This document shows positions 32,864 to 41,995 of a stretch of 64,000 bases of DNA, in pieces; within the stretch, counting starts at the first letter, position 1, and each line of letters begins with the position of its first letter. The position numbers and the translations under genes are program-made. Source of the stretch: an uncultured Thermoleophilaceae bacterium. GTDB taxonomy: Bacteria; Actinomycetota; Thermoleophilia; Solirubrobacterales; Thermoleophilaceae. The notes beneath the pieces are model-generated. The model made no database searches, had not been told where the DNA came from, and saw nothing but the letters and a program-made list of their open reading frames with translations. The stretch spans positions 23,879 to 87,878 of the forward strand of contig CAVSGC010000008.1 in the NCBI GenBank assembly GCA_963727395.1, given 5' to 3'.

Positions 32864-33426
32864 ACCGGCACCTCCCGCGGCGCGGGCGCGTCCTCGGGGA
32901 GGTCGAGGCGTTCGAGGTCCCACACCGGCAGGTCGTCCAGGTCCGACGACTCGGCGAAGGCGCGCTGCTGGGCTGCGCCCAGCGCGGCGAAGCCCGCGCG
33001 CACTCGCTCGATGTAGTCGCGCGAGACCACCACACGCCCCTCGGCCCTCCCGCGCCGCAGGCGCTCGCGGCCCTCCTCCTTGCCGCGATAGGTCCATACG
33101 CGGCCGTCCACGCCGTCGATTCGGTCCGTCACGTCCACGCGGTCGTAGTTGCGCTCGCGGCTGTCCAGCAACTCGAGCTCCGCGTCGTCCACCGGGCGGG
33201 CCAGGCCGCCCACGGTGGTGCCGGGATCCGGCTCGATGTCCACGAAGGCCACGAACACGGCGGGGCGCACGCCGTCGGAGCGGCGCAGGTACATCTTGTA
33301 GCCGGGGATGGCGACGGTGTTGTCGGTGGCCACGCCAAAGCGCCTGCGGTACCCGCGCAGGCGCGCCGGCAAGCCCTGACCCGCCCAGTCGCCCACCAGC
33401 GAGGCGTAGCCGAAGACATGCTCCAT
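32860..33426 (-). CDS. gamma-glutamylcyclotransferase (GGCT/AIG2-like) family protein
   Basis: ATG 33424-33426 overlaps the murT TGA by 1 nt. MEHVFGYASLV (YGSL-type motif)...PAVFVAFVDIEPDP...DDAELELLDSRERNYDRVDV (E-x-x-Y-x-R motif). About 188 aa, uninterrupted tail of ORF 32860-34764. Confidence 0.65.
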   Translation of the reverse strand: MEHVFGYASLVGDWAGQGLPARLRGYRRRFGVATDNTVAIPGYKMYLRRSDGVRPAVFVAFVDIEPDPGTTVGGLARPVDDAELELLDSRERNYDRVDVTDRIDGVDGRVWTYRGKEEGRERLRRGRAEGRVVVSRDYIERVRAGFAALGAAQQRAFAESSDLDDLPVWDLERLDLPEDAPAPREVPV

Positions 33427-34795
33427 CAGTCCGCCCACCGCCGGGCCAGGCCGCGGTCGGCCAACAGGTCGCGCAGCTCGATCAGCGCGGTGTAGGTGGG
33501 AAGCGCGTAGAGCGGACGGCCGTCCTCGCGCCCGGCGGCCACGGCCGCGTCCAGCGAGTCGGCAAGGTCGCGATCCACGGCGATCTCGGCGTCGATCCCG
33601 GCGTACTTCATCCGCAGCGCCATCTCCTCCGCGCGCGTGCCCGAGCACGTCGCGCGGCGCACGCGGCCGGCCAGCAGCTCGAAGTCCGCGTCCCAGATCC
33701 ACGACACGTCGCGGCCGTCGGCGATCCGGTCGTTCAGCGCCAGCCACAGGTCCACCTGGCCGTCCTCGAGGATGAGGGTGCGCAGCACCTCGTTCGCCCC
33801 GGCCGGGTTCTTCACCAGCAGGATCGACACGCGGGCGCCCGTCCACCGGGATCGTCTCCACCCGCCCAAACGACCCGGCAAAGCCCTCGAGCGCCTCACC
33901 GATCTGCGTCAGCGAGGCGCCCAGCTCCAGCGACAGTGCCGTGGCCGCCACCGCGTTGTAGACGTTGTAGAGGCCGGGAAGGGGGAGGGAGAGGTCGAGG
34001 GGGCCCGCCGGGGTTTCCATAACCACCCGCGCGCCGGACATCCCATGCAGCTCCACCTGCCGGGCGGACACCGACGGCGTGGGCCGCTGGCGGCCGCAGT
34101 TGGGGCAGCGGTAGCGGCCCATGTGGCCGAGGTAGACGGCTTCGTAGACGTAGGGATGCCCGCAGTTGCGGCAGTGCTTGGAGTCGGCGGCGTGCTGGAG
34201 GGTGGGGACCGCCTGCGAGTCGTCGTCCACGCCGAAGTACGTCACGCCCTCGCGGCCCCGGCCGAGGTCGGCCACCAGCGGGTCGTCGGCGTTGAGCACG
34301 AACCGCGCCCCGCGCGCCTCCTCGGTCTCGGCCAGCTCGGCCCAGCGGTCGGCCAGCAGCTCCAGCTCGCCGTAGCGGTCGAGCTGGTCGCGGAAGAGGT
34401 TGGCCAGCAGATACGTGCGGGGCCTCACGGCCTCGGCCACGCTCTGGAAGCCAGGCCTCGTCCACCTCGAAGAGCCCCAGCTGGCCGGGCTCGCGCCCGG
34501 CGTCGAGCAGGGCGGTGGCCACGCCCCAGCCCATGTTCGAGCCCGCGCGGTTGTGCACCACGGGCCTGCCGGCGCGCTCGAGCACGGCGGCCACCATCGC
34601 CGAGGTGGTGGTCTTGCCGTTGGTGGCCGACACGACCACCGCGCCCTCGTCCAGCCGGGAGGCCATCCGCCCAAGCGCCCGGTGGTCGGCTCGCATGAGC
34701 AGCCGGCCCGGGAGGGTGGTTCCGCCGCCGCGACCCAGCCGGCGCGAGAGCAGGCGCACGCCACGGGCGATCGTCTCCAGGATCCGGGACATCAC
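33426..34795 (-). pseudogene. murT: lipid II isoglutaminyl synthase, Mur-ligase-like subunit MurT; two frame switches near 34440 and 33850
   Basis: LPGRLLMRADHRALGRMASRLDEGAVVVSATNGKTTTSAMVAAVLE...FEVDEAWLP (ORF 33896-34795). YLLANLFRDQLDRYGELE...Cys4 ribbon CRNCGHPYVYEAVYLGHMGRYRCPNCG...LPGLYNVYNAVAATALSLELG (ORF 32860-34764 frame). SILLVKNPAGANEVLRTL...LNDRIADGRDVSWIWDADFE...ALPTYTALIELRDLL (ORF 33426-33899). Confidence 0.8.
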
Positions 34796-35697
34796 TCCGG
34801 CACGACCACACGCAGGCAGCGCGGGCGGACGGTGATGGTGGCGGGCACCGTGCCGATCGGGTCGCCGTCGGCGTAGATGGCGAACGGGCGGTCGGCGTCC
34901 ACCTCGATGGCCGAGCCGGTCATCGTCTGGACGCTGGGATCGGACAGGTGAGTGCCCTTGAACACACGGGGAAGCACGGAGAAGAGGAAGTGGCGCTTGG
35001 AGACCTGCCCGCAGGCCACCACGTCGAGCAGGCCGTCGTCCAGCTCGGCCTGCGGCGCCGCGAACATGCCGCCCCCGTAGGCCTTGGAGTTGCAGGCGCC
35101 GACCGAGTAGCCCACGATCTCGTGCCGCTCGCCGTCCACCGTGACGGTGAAGGAGGCGGGCTTCCAGGCGGCCAGCGCACGCAGTGCGGCGTACAGGTAG
35201 ACGAGGTTGCCGCGGATCACGCGTGACTCGTTGGCGATCCGGTTGGCGTCGGAGTCGAAGCCGAAGCTGGCGATGCCCAGGTAGGGCACGCCGTCCACCG
35301 CGGCCACGTCGATCATGCGCTCCTTCCCCTGGGCGGCCACCGCCGCTGCCGCTGTGGGATCGGTGGGGATGCCGAGCACTCGCGCCAGGTCGTTTCCGCG
35401 ACCCGCCGGCACGATCGCCAGCGACGCTCCGGTGTCGCGCAGCACCTCCGCCAGCGGGCGCAGCAGGCCGTCGCCTCCCACGGCCACCACCGTCTCGCCG
35501 TTCTCGGCCGCCCGCCCCGCCTCCTCGCGGGCGTGCTCGATATCGCGGGTGTGCACGACGCGGTGCTCGGCCCCGAGCCGTTCGAGCTCTGCCGTGACCT
35601 GCGGGAGCCGCCGCACCGAGCGGCCGCCGCCCGCAGCGGGGTTGACCAGCACGAGCAGGCGGCGAGTCACTCGTTCATCGCCGCCGGCGCGCCGCAC
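34792..35697 (-). CDS. diacylglycerol kinase-family lipid kinase (YegS/BmrU-like)
   Basis: Intact 301-aa ORF. LLVLVNPAAGGGRS, VVAVGGDGLLRPL, AIVPAGRGNDLARVLG, SFGFDSDAN...NLVYLYAAL...GGGMFAAPQAELDDGLLDVV. The stop overlaps the murT start (GTGA). Confidence 0.8.
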   Translation of the reverse strand: MRRAGGDERVTRRLLVLVNPAAGGGRSVRRLPQVTAELERLGAEHRVVHTRDIEHAREEAGRAAENGETVVAVGGDGLLRPLAEVLRDTGASLAIVPAGRGNDLARVLGIPTDPTAAAAVAAQGKERMIDVAAVDGVPYLGIASFGFDSDANRIANESRVIRGNLVYLYAALRALAAWKPASFTVTVDGERHEIVGYSVGACNSKAYGGGMFAAPQAELDDGLLDVVACGQVSKRHFLFSVLPRVFKGTHLSDPSVQTMTGSAIEVDADRPFAIYADGDPIGTVPATITVRPRCLRVVVPE

Positions 35698-35774
35698 ATG
35701 GCCTCAAAGTATGTCGGGGGCGGGGGCGAAAAGCGCGGCGCCATTCCCTTGGGGGATAAACGAGGGAGGTCGCG

Positions 35775-36240
35775 ATGAGGGAGCCCAAGAGGATCTGGTG
35801 GGCCAGGCCGCGCAAGCTGTGCGCGCTGGAGCGCCCGGGCGGCGGCGGGCGCAGCCACCGGCCCGACCGCCGGGAGGCGGAGATCGCCTGGCTGAAGCGC
35901 CACGGCGTGCGCCTGTGCGTGTCCACGATGACCACGCGCCACAACCTGGCCCACTACGAGGCGGCGGGCCTGGAGGCCCACCACCTGCCCGTGGCGTCGG
36001 CAGCCGAGGGAGCGGACGCCCTCGAGGAGCTGCTCGGGCTGCTGCGCCGGGAGACGAGGCGCAGGGGCGCGGTGGCCATCCACGGCAACCGCCACACCGA
36101 TTTCGTGGCGGCGGTGTGCGCGGCCCATCTGTATGGCACGCGTGGCGTGGACCCGGCCGAGGGGCTGCGGGCCGCGGCCGAGGCGGGGCTGGTGGTGAGC
36201 CCGGAGGCGTGCCGAGCTGCTCGGCGTGTCCTACGGGGCG
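35775..36240 (+). CDS. dual-specificity-phosphatase-like protein lacking the catalytic Cys; 3' end uncertain
   Basis: SD gagggagg precedes the ATG. Layout ...WLKRHGVRLCVSTMT...YEAAGLEAHHLPVAS...LEELLGLLRRETRRRGAVAIHGNRHTDFVAAVCAAHLY parallels DSP/PTP folds, but the HC-x5-R P-loop reads HGNRHTD. There is no in-frame stop before 36917, so the end is set where the convergent gene begins. Confidence 0.4.
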
Positions 36241-36524
36241 GTCCAGCCGCGTTCGGCCATCGCGGCCTCCACGTCGGCGGGGCGGTCGGTGACCACGTAG
36301 GCGTCCACGATCGCGCCCTCGGTGTTGATGGTGATCGAGAGCCCCGATTCCGTGCGCCTCACCTTCGAGATCTGCGCGATGGGGCGCCCCGAGCCCATGC
36401 GCGGCTTCACGCGCCCGGTGGCCACGCTGTGCACGGCTTCGATCGCCTCGAGGCCGTCCAGCAGCCGGCGGTAGCCCTTCTTGGAGGAGTGCTTGTGGTG
36501 GGTCTTGCGCGCCACGGTGCTCAA
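36231..36524 (-). CDS. small conserved hypothetical protein (possibly DUF2103-like)
   Basis: Intact 97-aa ORF. KTHHKHSSKKGYRRLLDGLEAIEAVHSVATGRVKPRMGSGRPIAQISKVRRTESGLSITINTEGAIVDAYVV. The family assignment is from memory only. Confidence 0.5.
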   Translation of the reverse strand: MSTVARKTHHKHSSKKGYRRLLDGLEAIEAVHSVATGRVKPRMGSGRPIAQISKVRRTESGLSITINTEGAIVDAYVVTDRPADVEAAMAERGWTAP

Positions 36525-37328
36525 CCCCGGCCGTTCACCAGTGCGGCGAGGTTGTCGGCCACCTCCACCGGCTTCGCGCTCTTGCCGTCGGCGGACACAG
36601 AGCCGGAACCGTCGCCGCTGAGCACCAGCGCGGCGTCCACGCCCGCGGCGTGGGCCGCCTCCACGTCGGCGTCCAGGCGATCGCCCACCACCAGCGTGCG
36701 GCCCTCGCCGAGACGGTCCAGCGCGGTCTCGATCAGCCGCGGCTCGGGCTTGCCCACGATCTCCGCCTGCCGGCCCGTGGCGGTCTCCACAGCCGCCAGG
36801 ATCGCGCCGGTACCGGGCCAGGGCCCATCTGGCGTGGGCAGGGTGGGGTCGCGCCCCGTGGCGATCAGGTGCGCTCCGCGATGGACCGCGAGCGACGCGG
36901 TGCGCAGGGCGTCGTAGTCCACCTGGTCGGTGCCGCCGATCACCACAACCTCGGCGTTGGTGGGCCGGTCGGTGCCGTTGACAGCCTCAGGCCGGCGTCG
37001 GCCACGTGCGCGTGAGCGCGGGGCTGCCGATCACGAAAGCCGCCTGGCCCGTGCGCGTGTCGGCCAGCAGGTGCTGCATGGCCCCGCCCACGGTCACCAC
37101 GTCGGCCAGCGAGGCCTGGACGCCCATCCGCCACAGGTGGGCCACGTGGTCCTCGCCGGGGTGCCAGGAGTTGTTGGTGGCGAAGGCCACGCGCTTGCCG
37201 GCGGCCCGCAGCGTGGCGATCGCCTCCGCCGAGCCCTCCACCGGGTCTTCGCCCACCCACACGCACCCGTCGAGGTCCAGGATCACCTGGTCATAGCCGC
37301 GCAGAAGGGGGGAGAGGGTGGATGTCAT
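36521..37328 (-). pseudogene. HAD-IIA family hydrolase (NagD-like); two frame switches near 36940-37000
   Basis: MTSTLSPLLRGYDQVILDLDGCVWVGEDPVEGSAEAIATLRAAGKRVAFATNNS (tail of ORF 36987-37562). VIGGTDQVDYDALRTASLAVHRGAHLIATGRDPTLPTPDGPWPGTGAILAAVETATGRQAEIVGKPEPRLIETAL...VVGDRLDADVEAAHAAGVDAALVLSG (ORF 36521-36946). Confidence 0.7.
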
Positions 37329-37377
37329 CCGATGCCCGTCGATCCTAGACGCGCGCTCGCCCACTACCCTGCCGCGC

Positions 37378-38055
37378 GTGCGCCGCGTAGCCGCCCTCGT
37401 GCTGATCCCGCTCGCCCTCCTCGCCGCCGGGTGCGGTGACGACGACGAGGCCGGCGAGCGAAACGCCGCCCAGCCCTCGGAGGAGCAGCCGTCGCGCAAG
37501 GGCGGCTGTTTGGAGGCGAAGGCGCCGGCGCCCAAGCCGGACGGCGGGCAGAGCAAGCCCAAGAGCAGGCTGGATCCGGGGAAGACCTACGAGGTGGAGA
37601 TGCAGACCAACTGCGGCACGTTCACCATCCGGCTGGATCAGAGGACCTCTCCCGCCACCACCGCGTCGTTCGCGGCGCTCGTGGACAGAGGCTTCTTCGA
37701 CGACATGGTGTTCCACCGCATCGTCCCGGACTTCGTGATTCAGGGCGGCGATCCCACCGCCAGCGGGCAGGGCGGCCCCGGCTACTCCACCCGCGACAAG
37801 CCGCCGGCCGACACGGCCTACACGCGCGGGGTGGTGGCGATGGCCAAGACCCAGGTGGAGCCCCCGGGTACGGCCGGCAGCCAGTTCTACGTGGTCACGG
37901 GCGAGCAGGCGCCGCTGCCCCCGGCCTACGCGGTGCTCGGCAAGGTGGTCAACGGCCTGGACGTGACCCAGCGGATCGGGAAGCTCGGGGATCCCGCCAC
38001 GGAGATGCCGCTTCAGCCGGTGGTCATCGACAGGGCGACCCTGAAGGAGCGCTAG
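37378..38055 (+). CDS. cyclophilin-type peptidyl-prolyl cis-trans isomerase, lipoprotein
   Basis: GTG 37378 VRRVAALVLIPLALLAAGCG (lipobox). TNCGTFTIRLDQRTSPATTASFAALVDRGFFDDMVFHRIVPDFVIQGGDPTASGQGGPGY...AMAKT...GSQFYVV. Intact. Confidence 0.85.
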   Translation: MRRVAALVLIPLALLAAGCGDDDEAGERNAAQPSEEQPSRKGGCLEAKAPAPKPDGGQSKPKSRLDPGKTYEVEMQTNCGTFTIRLDQRTSPATTASFAALVDRGFFDDMVFHRIVPDFVIQGGDPTASGQGGPGYSTRDKPPADTAYTRGVVAMAKTQVEPPGTAGSQFYVVTGEQAPLPPAYAVLGKVVNGLDVTQRIGKLGDPATEMPLQPVVIDRATLKER

Positions 38056-38666
38056 CCGGCGCCGGCCGCGCGTTCGGCCTTCACGCGCGCCTGGCGGCGG
38101 CGGCCGAACAGCGTGAGCAGGCCGAGCACCGCCACCACGATCAGCAGGCCCAGCAGCACTCCGCCGAGGGTGCCGACCCCGCCGAATGGCAGGGCCACGA
38201 GCTTGGCCAGCCCGAAGCCCACGAGCACGAGCACGACCACGATCGCGAGGAGGATCAGGATGCCTCGCATGCGCACCGCGAGGCTGGCGCCCGAGGACGG
38301 CGCGATCAGGCCCATCATTCTCAGCATGAACAGCTGGCGGCTGGAGGGAGGCGCCTGGCCGAGCTTCTCCACCGCGGCCTTCAGCTCGTCGGGGCGGCGC
38401 TCGGCGAGGGCCATCGAGGCCCTCATCATCTGCCGCAGCGCTTGACGCTCCTGCGGGTGGCAGCCGGCCAGGGCCTCGTTGAAGTAGGCGCGGGCGGCCT
38501 TCGCGTCGTAGCGCTCCGCGGCGCGCGCGCCCAGCAGCGCCTTGGCGGCCACGCGGTGCTTGGACTCGCTCTTGAGCTGCTCGTCCGTGCGCGGCTCGAG
38601 CTGCTGGATGGCTCCCAGCGCGCCCACCTGCATCTGCTGCATCTTCATCTGCCGCTGCTTGGCCAC
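38052..38666 (-). CDS. hypothetical membrane protein (helical N-domain, three C-terminal TM segments)
   Basis: Tail of ORF 38052-39431. VAKQRQMKMQQMQVGALG...AAKALLGARAAERYDAKAARAYFNEALAGCHPQERQAL..., then GILILLAIVVVLVLVGFGLAKLVALPFGGVGTLGGVLLGLLIVVAVLGLLTLFG. Start is the GTG at 38666 or the ATG at 38648. Confidence 0.55.
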   Translation of the reverse strand: MAKQRQMKMQQMQVGALGAIQQLEPRTDEQLKSESKHRVAAKALLGARAAERYDAKAARAYFNEALAGCHPQERQALRQMMRASMALAERRPDELKAAVEKLGQAPPSSRQLFMLRMMGLIAPSSGASLAVRMRGILILLAIVVVLVLVGFGLAKLVALPFGGVGTLGGVLLGLLIVVAVLGLLTLFGRRRQARVKAERAAGAG

Positions 38667-38708
38667 GGCGCAAGTTTCGCAGACGCGGCCACGGCCTAGG
38701 ATCCGCGC

Positions 38709-39497
38709 GTGGCCGACGCCTTCTACGTGCCCGCGGGACCGCACTATCGCTCTACCGAGCTCACCCGGGGGCCGTGGGATCCCGACTGCCAGCACGCGGG
38801 GCCGCCCTGCGCGTTGCTTGGCGCGGAGATGGACCGCGCCGGGGCGCTGGACCCGGCGAGGGTCGCGCGCATCACGTTCGAGATCCTGCGCCCCGTGCCC
38901 ATCGCGCCGCTGGGCGTGACCGCCCGGGTGGTGCGTCCGGGGCGCAGCGTGGAGCTCGTGGAGGGCTCGCTCACCGCCGGGGACACGGAGATCCTGCGCG
39001 CCCGCGCGTGGCGGGTGCGCACCACCGAGATGGAGCCGGACGCCCCGGCGCTCTCCGACGCCCCGATGGCGCCGCCCGCGCAGGCCCACGCGCGGGACTT
39101 CTTCCCCACCGGGCAGGACGTGGGCTACCACACGGCCATGGAGGTGCGGTTCGTGTCCGGCGCCTACCTCGAGCCCGGCCCCGCGCGGGCATGGATGCGC
39201 ATGCGCCCGTCGCTGGTGGACGGGGAGGACCCCTCGCCGCTCGAGCGCGTGCTGGTGGCCGCCGACTCGGGCAACGGCGTGAGCGCCCCGCTCGACTACC
39301 GGCGCTGGCTGTTCATCAACGCCGACCTGTCGGTGGCGCTGCGGCGGCTGCCGCGCGGCGAGTGGGTGGGTCTGGAGGCCGCCACCTACGCCGAGCCCGA
39401 CGGCATCGGCCTCTCGGACACGCGCCTGCACGACGAGCAGGGTGCGATCGGGCGGGCAACGCAGAGCCTCCTCGTGGGACCTCGCCCCGGTGCCTAG
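38709..39497 (+). CDS. thioesterase-family protein (double hotdog, acyl-CoA thioesterase-like)
   Basis: Intact 262-aa ORF. RGPWDPDCQHAGPPCALLGAE...RITFEILRPVPIAPLGVTARVVRPGRSVELVEGSL...VLVAADSGNGVS...WLFINADLSVALRRLPRGEWVGLEA. Matches the 4HBT_3-like pattern (from memory). Confidence 0.65.
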   Translation: MADAFYVPAGPHYRSTELTRGPWDPDCQHAGPPCALLGAEMDRAGALDPARVARITFEILRPVPIAPLGVTARVVRPGRSVELVEGSLTAGDTEILRARAWRVRTTEMEPDAPALSDAPMAPPAQAHARDFFPTGQDVGYHTAMEVRFVSGAYLEPGPARAWMRMRPSLVDGEDPSPLERVLVAADSGNGVSAPLDYRRWLFINADLSVALRRLPRGEWVGLEAATYAEPDGIGLSDTRLHDEQGAIGRATQSLLVGPRPGA

Positions 39498-41104
39498 TTC
39501 CCCTCGTCGATACGGGCCTGCTCCAGGTCGAGGTCGTACTCCACCCGGCGGCGCACCTCGTCGCTCACGTGCCCCTGGTCACGCAGCTCGCGCAGCTTGG
39601 CGCGCTGCGCGCCGAACACCTCGCCCATGAAGCGCCGGTAGGACTGCGCGCGTTCCTCGTAGTCGAAGTCGTCGCGCTCCTCGTCGTCGTCGGACGGGTC
39701 CTTGCCGATCCGCGAGCTGAACCGGCGGCGGCGATAGTCGAACAGCGCGCGCGTGCGCTCCACGGTCTGGGGATGGACCCAGTCCGCCCCCTCCAGCTCG
39801 TCGACCTGGTCGATCGCGGCGAACGCGATCTCCAGGCGGGCGTTCAGCTCCTCGTCCTGGTCGATCGTGTCGGGCTCGATGCCCAGCGCTCTGATGAGGG
39901 CGGGCATCAGCAGGCCCTGGATCACGAGCGTGCCCAGGATCACGCAGAATGCGAGGAAGATCACCAGGTCGCGGTCGGGGAACGGAGCACCTGAGTCGAT
40001 CTCGGTGGGGATCGCCAGCGCCGCGGCAAGCGACACCGACCCGCGCATCCCCGCCCACGCCACCAGCGTGGTCTGATCCCAGTTGGCCACGGGAATCCGG
40101 TCGCGCACGTCACTGCTGAGCTTGCGGATGAGCACGGTGAGGCCGAACACCCACACGATCCTCACCACGACCACGACCACGGCGATCAGGGCGCCCCATG
40201 CCGCGAGCTCCCCGGCCGCCCGGCCCGAGAGCTGGTCGAGTACCGACGGCAGCTGCAGGCCCACCAGCACGAAGAGCACCGCGTTGAGCAGGAACTGCAG
40301 CAGCTCCCAGATCGCCGTGAGCTCCAGCCGGGTGGTGTGGTTGGTGAGCTCCGACGCCCGCCACCCCAGCCACACGCCCGCGCTCACGGCGGCGAGCACC
40401 CCCGACGCACCGATCGCCTCGGCGGGGAGGTAGGCGGCGTAGGCGGTGAGCAGTGAGATCGTGATCTCGGTGAGCGGATCCTCCACGCGCCGCCGCACGG
40501 CTGCGATTCCCGCCCCGGCGGCCACGCCCACGGCCACGCCGGCCAGGCCCGTGTAGATGAACTCCGGTGCGGCCTCCAGCAGGGAGAAGCTGCCGGTGAC
40601 CACCGCGGCCACGGCGAACTTGTAGGCAACCAGCGCGGTCCAGTCGTTGGTGAGGTTCTCTCCCTCCACCACGGTGACCACACGCCGCGGGACCGAGAGC
40701 CGCCGCAGGATCTGCGCGGGGGCCACGGCGTCGGTGGGGGAGACGACGGCGCCGAGCACGAACGCCACCGGCCACGAGAGGCCCACCACCTCGTGCGCCA
40801 CCGTCGCGACGATGACCATGGTGGCGATCACGAGGCCGATCGCCAGCATGCCGATCGGCCGCGCGTTCAACCGCAGCTCGCGCAGGTTGGCGAAGAAGGC
40901 CGCGGCGTAGAGCAGCGGGGGGAGGAAGATCAGCAGGACCAGGTCCGGCTCGAGCTGCATCTCGGGCACGCCTGGCACGAAGCCGTAGCCCAGCCCGCCG
41001 AGCACGAGCAGGATCGGGTAGGGGATGCCGGCCAGCCGTGCCACCAGGGCCAGGCCCGCCACGGCTACGAGGAGCCCGAAGACGACCAGTTCCATGTGCT
41101 CCAC
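39494..41104 (-). CDS. Na+/H+ antiporter (CPA1, NhaP-type)
   Basis: Intact 536-aa ORF with about 12 TM segments. GIPYPILLVLGGLGYGFVPG, VSPTDAVAPAQILRRLSVPRRVVTVVEGENLTNDWTALVAYKFA, AWAGMRGSVSLAAALAIP, and a cytoplasmic acidic tail. Confidence 0.85.
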   Translation of the reverse strand: MEHMELVVFGLLVAVAGLALVARLAGIPYPILLVLGGLGYGFVPGVPEMQLEPDLVLLIFLPPLLYAAAFFANLRELRLNARPIGMLAIGLVIATMVIVATVAHEVVGLSWPVAFVLGAVVSPTDAVAPAQILRRLSVPRRVVTVVEGENLTNDWTALVAYKFAVAAVVTGSFSLLEAAPEFIYTGLAGVAVGVAAGAGIAAVRRRVEDPLTEITISLLTAYAAYLPAEAIGASGVLAAVSAGVWLGWRASELTNHTTRLELTAIWELLQFLLNAVLFVLVGLQLPSVLDQLSGRAAGELAAWGALIAVVVVVVRIVWVFGLTVLIRKLSSDVRDRIPVANWDQTTLVAWAGMRGSVSLAAALAIPTEIDSGAPFPDRDLVIFLAFCVILGTLVIQGLLMPALIRALGIEPDTIDQDEELNARLEIAFAAIDQVDELEGADWVHPQTVERTRALFDYRRRRFSSRIGKDPSDDDEERDDFDYEERAQSYRRFMGEVFGAQRAKLRELRDQGHVSDEVRRRVEYDLDLEQARIDEGN

Positions 41105-41122
41105 GTGTATGGAGCCTACGCG

Positions 41123-41140
41123 GCGGCCGGACCCGGCCGC
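41123..41140 (-). terminator. GC-rich hairpin just after the sigma-factor stop codon (no U tract)
   Basis: gcggccgg-ac-ccggccgc, perfect 8-bp arms, 6 nt downstream of the stop at 41147-41149. It also lies in the 5' region of the antiporter gene, so its role is ambiguous. Confidence 0.25.
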
Positions 41141-41146
41141 TGTGAC

Positions 41147-41959
41147 TCAGGGTGCTTCGCCGTCCGGCTGAGCCGCCGCCGCGACCTTGTCCAGCGAGCG
41201 CCGCAGCAGGCGCGACACGTGCATCTGAGACACGCCCACCTGCGTGGCGATCTGCGACTGGGTGAGGTCCTCCACGAACCGCAGCCGCAGGATCTCCCGC
41301 TCGCGAGGCGGGAGCGCGGCCACAGCCGGGGCCACCGCGGGCCTCCACTCGGCCAGCTCGAAGCCGGAGTCCTCGGCGCCGATGCGCTGGCCCAGCGTGT
41401 TGTCGTCATCTTCCCCGGCGCCGGGCTGGGGCGAGTCCAGGCTCATCGGGCTGTAGGCGCCGGCGGCGTCCATCGCCTCGAGCACGTCCTCCAGGCCCAG
41501 CCCGGTGCGCTTTGCCACGTCGCGGGGGGTGGGGGAGCGGCCCAGCTCGGTGGCGAGCACCTCCACCGCGTTGTTCACGTCCATCACCCGCTCCTGCAGG
41601 TAGCGCGGCACGTGGATGCCCCAGCCCTTGTCGCGGAAGTGGCGCTTGAGCTCGCCCACGATGGTGGGAACCGCATAGCGGGCGAACGCCCCCACGCCGG
41701 GCTCGAACCGGTCGATCGCCTTGATCAACCCGAGGCTGGCCACCTGCTCGAGGTCGTCCACCGACTCGCCGGAGTGCCGGTAGCGCCCCGCGAGCCGCCG
41801 GGCGAGCGGCAGGTAGTGCTCGATGAGCAGGCGACGCGCTTCGGGATCGCCTCGCCGCAGGCCCTCGAGCGCTGCCTTTTCGTCGAACTCCGGGATGGCG
41901 CCGTTCAGTGCGGGAGCGGCGCCTGCGGAGGACCTCCCAGCGTCCGCGCGTGCCATCAC
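41147..41959 (-). CDS. RNA polymerase sigma factor, group 3 (SigB/SigF-like)
   Basis: Intact 270-aa ORF. LIEHYLPLARRLAGRYRHSGESVDDLEQVASLGLIKAIDRFEPGVGAFARYAVPTIVGELKRHFRDKGWGIHVPRYLQE (regions 2-3)...LPPREREILRLRFVEDLTQSQIATQVGVSQMHVSRLLRRSL (region 4). Confidence 0.85.
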   Translation of the reverse strand: MMARADAGRSSAGAAPALNGAIPEFDEKAALEGLRRGDPEARRLLIEHYLPLARRLAGRYRHSGESVDDLEQVASLGLIKAIDRFEPGVGAFARYAVPTIVGELKRHFRDKGWGIHVPRYLQERVMDVNNAVEVLATELGRSPTPRDVAKRTGLGLEDVLEAMDAAGAYSPMSLDSPQPGAGEDDDNTLGQRIGAEDSGFELAEWRPAVAPAVAALPPREREILRLRFVEDLTQSQIATQVGVSQMHVSRLLRRSLDKVAAAAQPDGEAP

Positions 41960-41995
41960 CGGAAATATAGTCCGGCGGACGGCCGGTCGAGCCGA

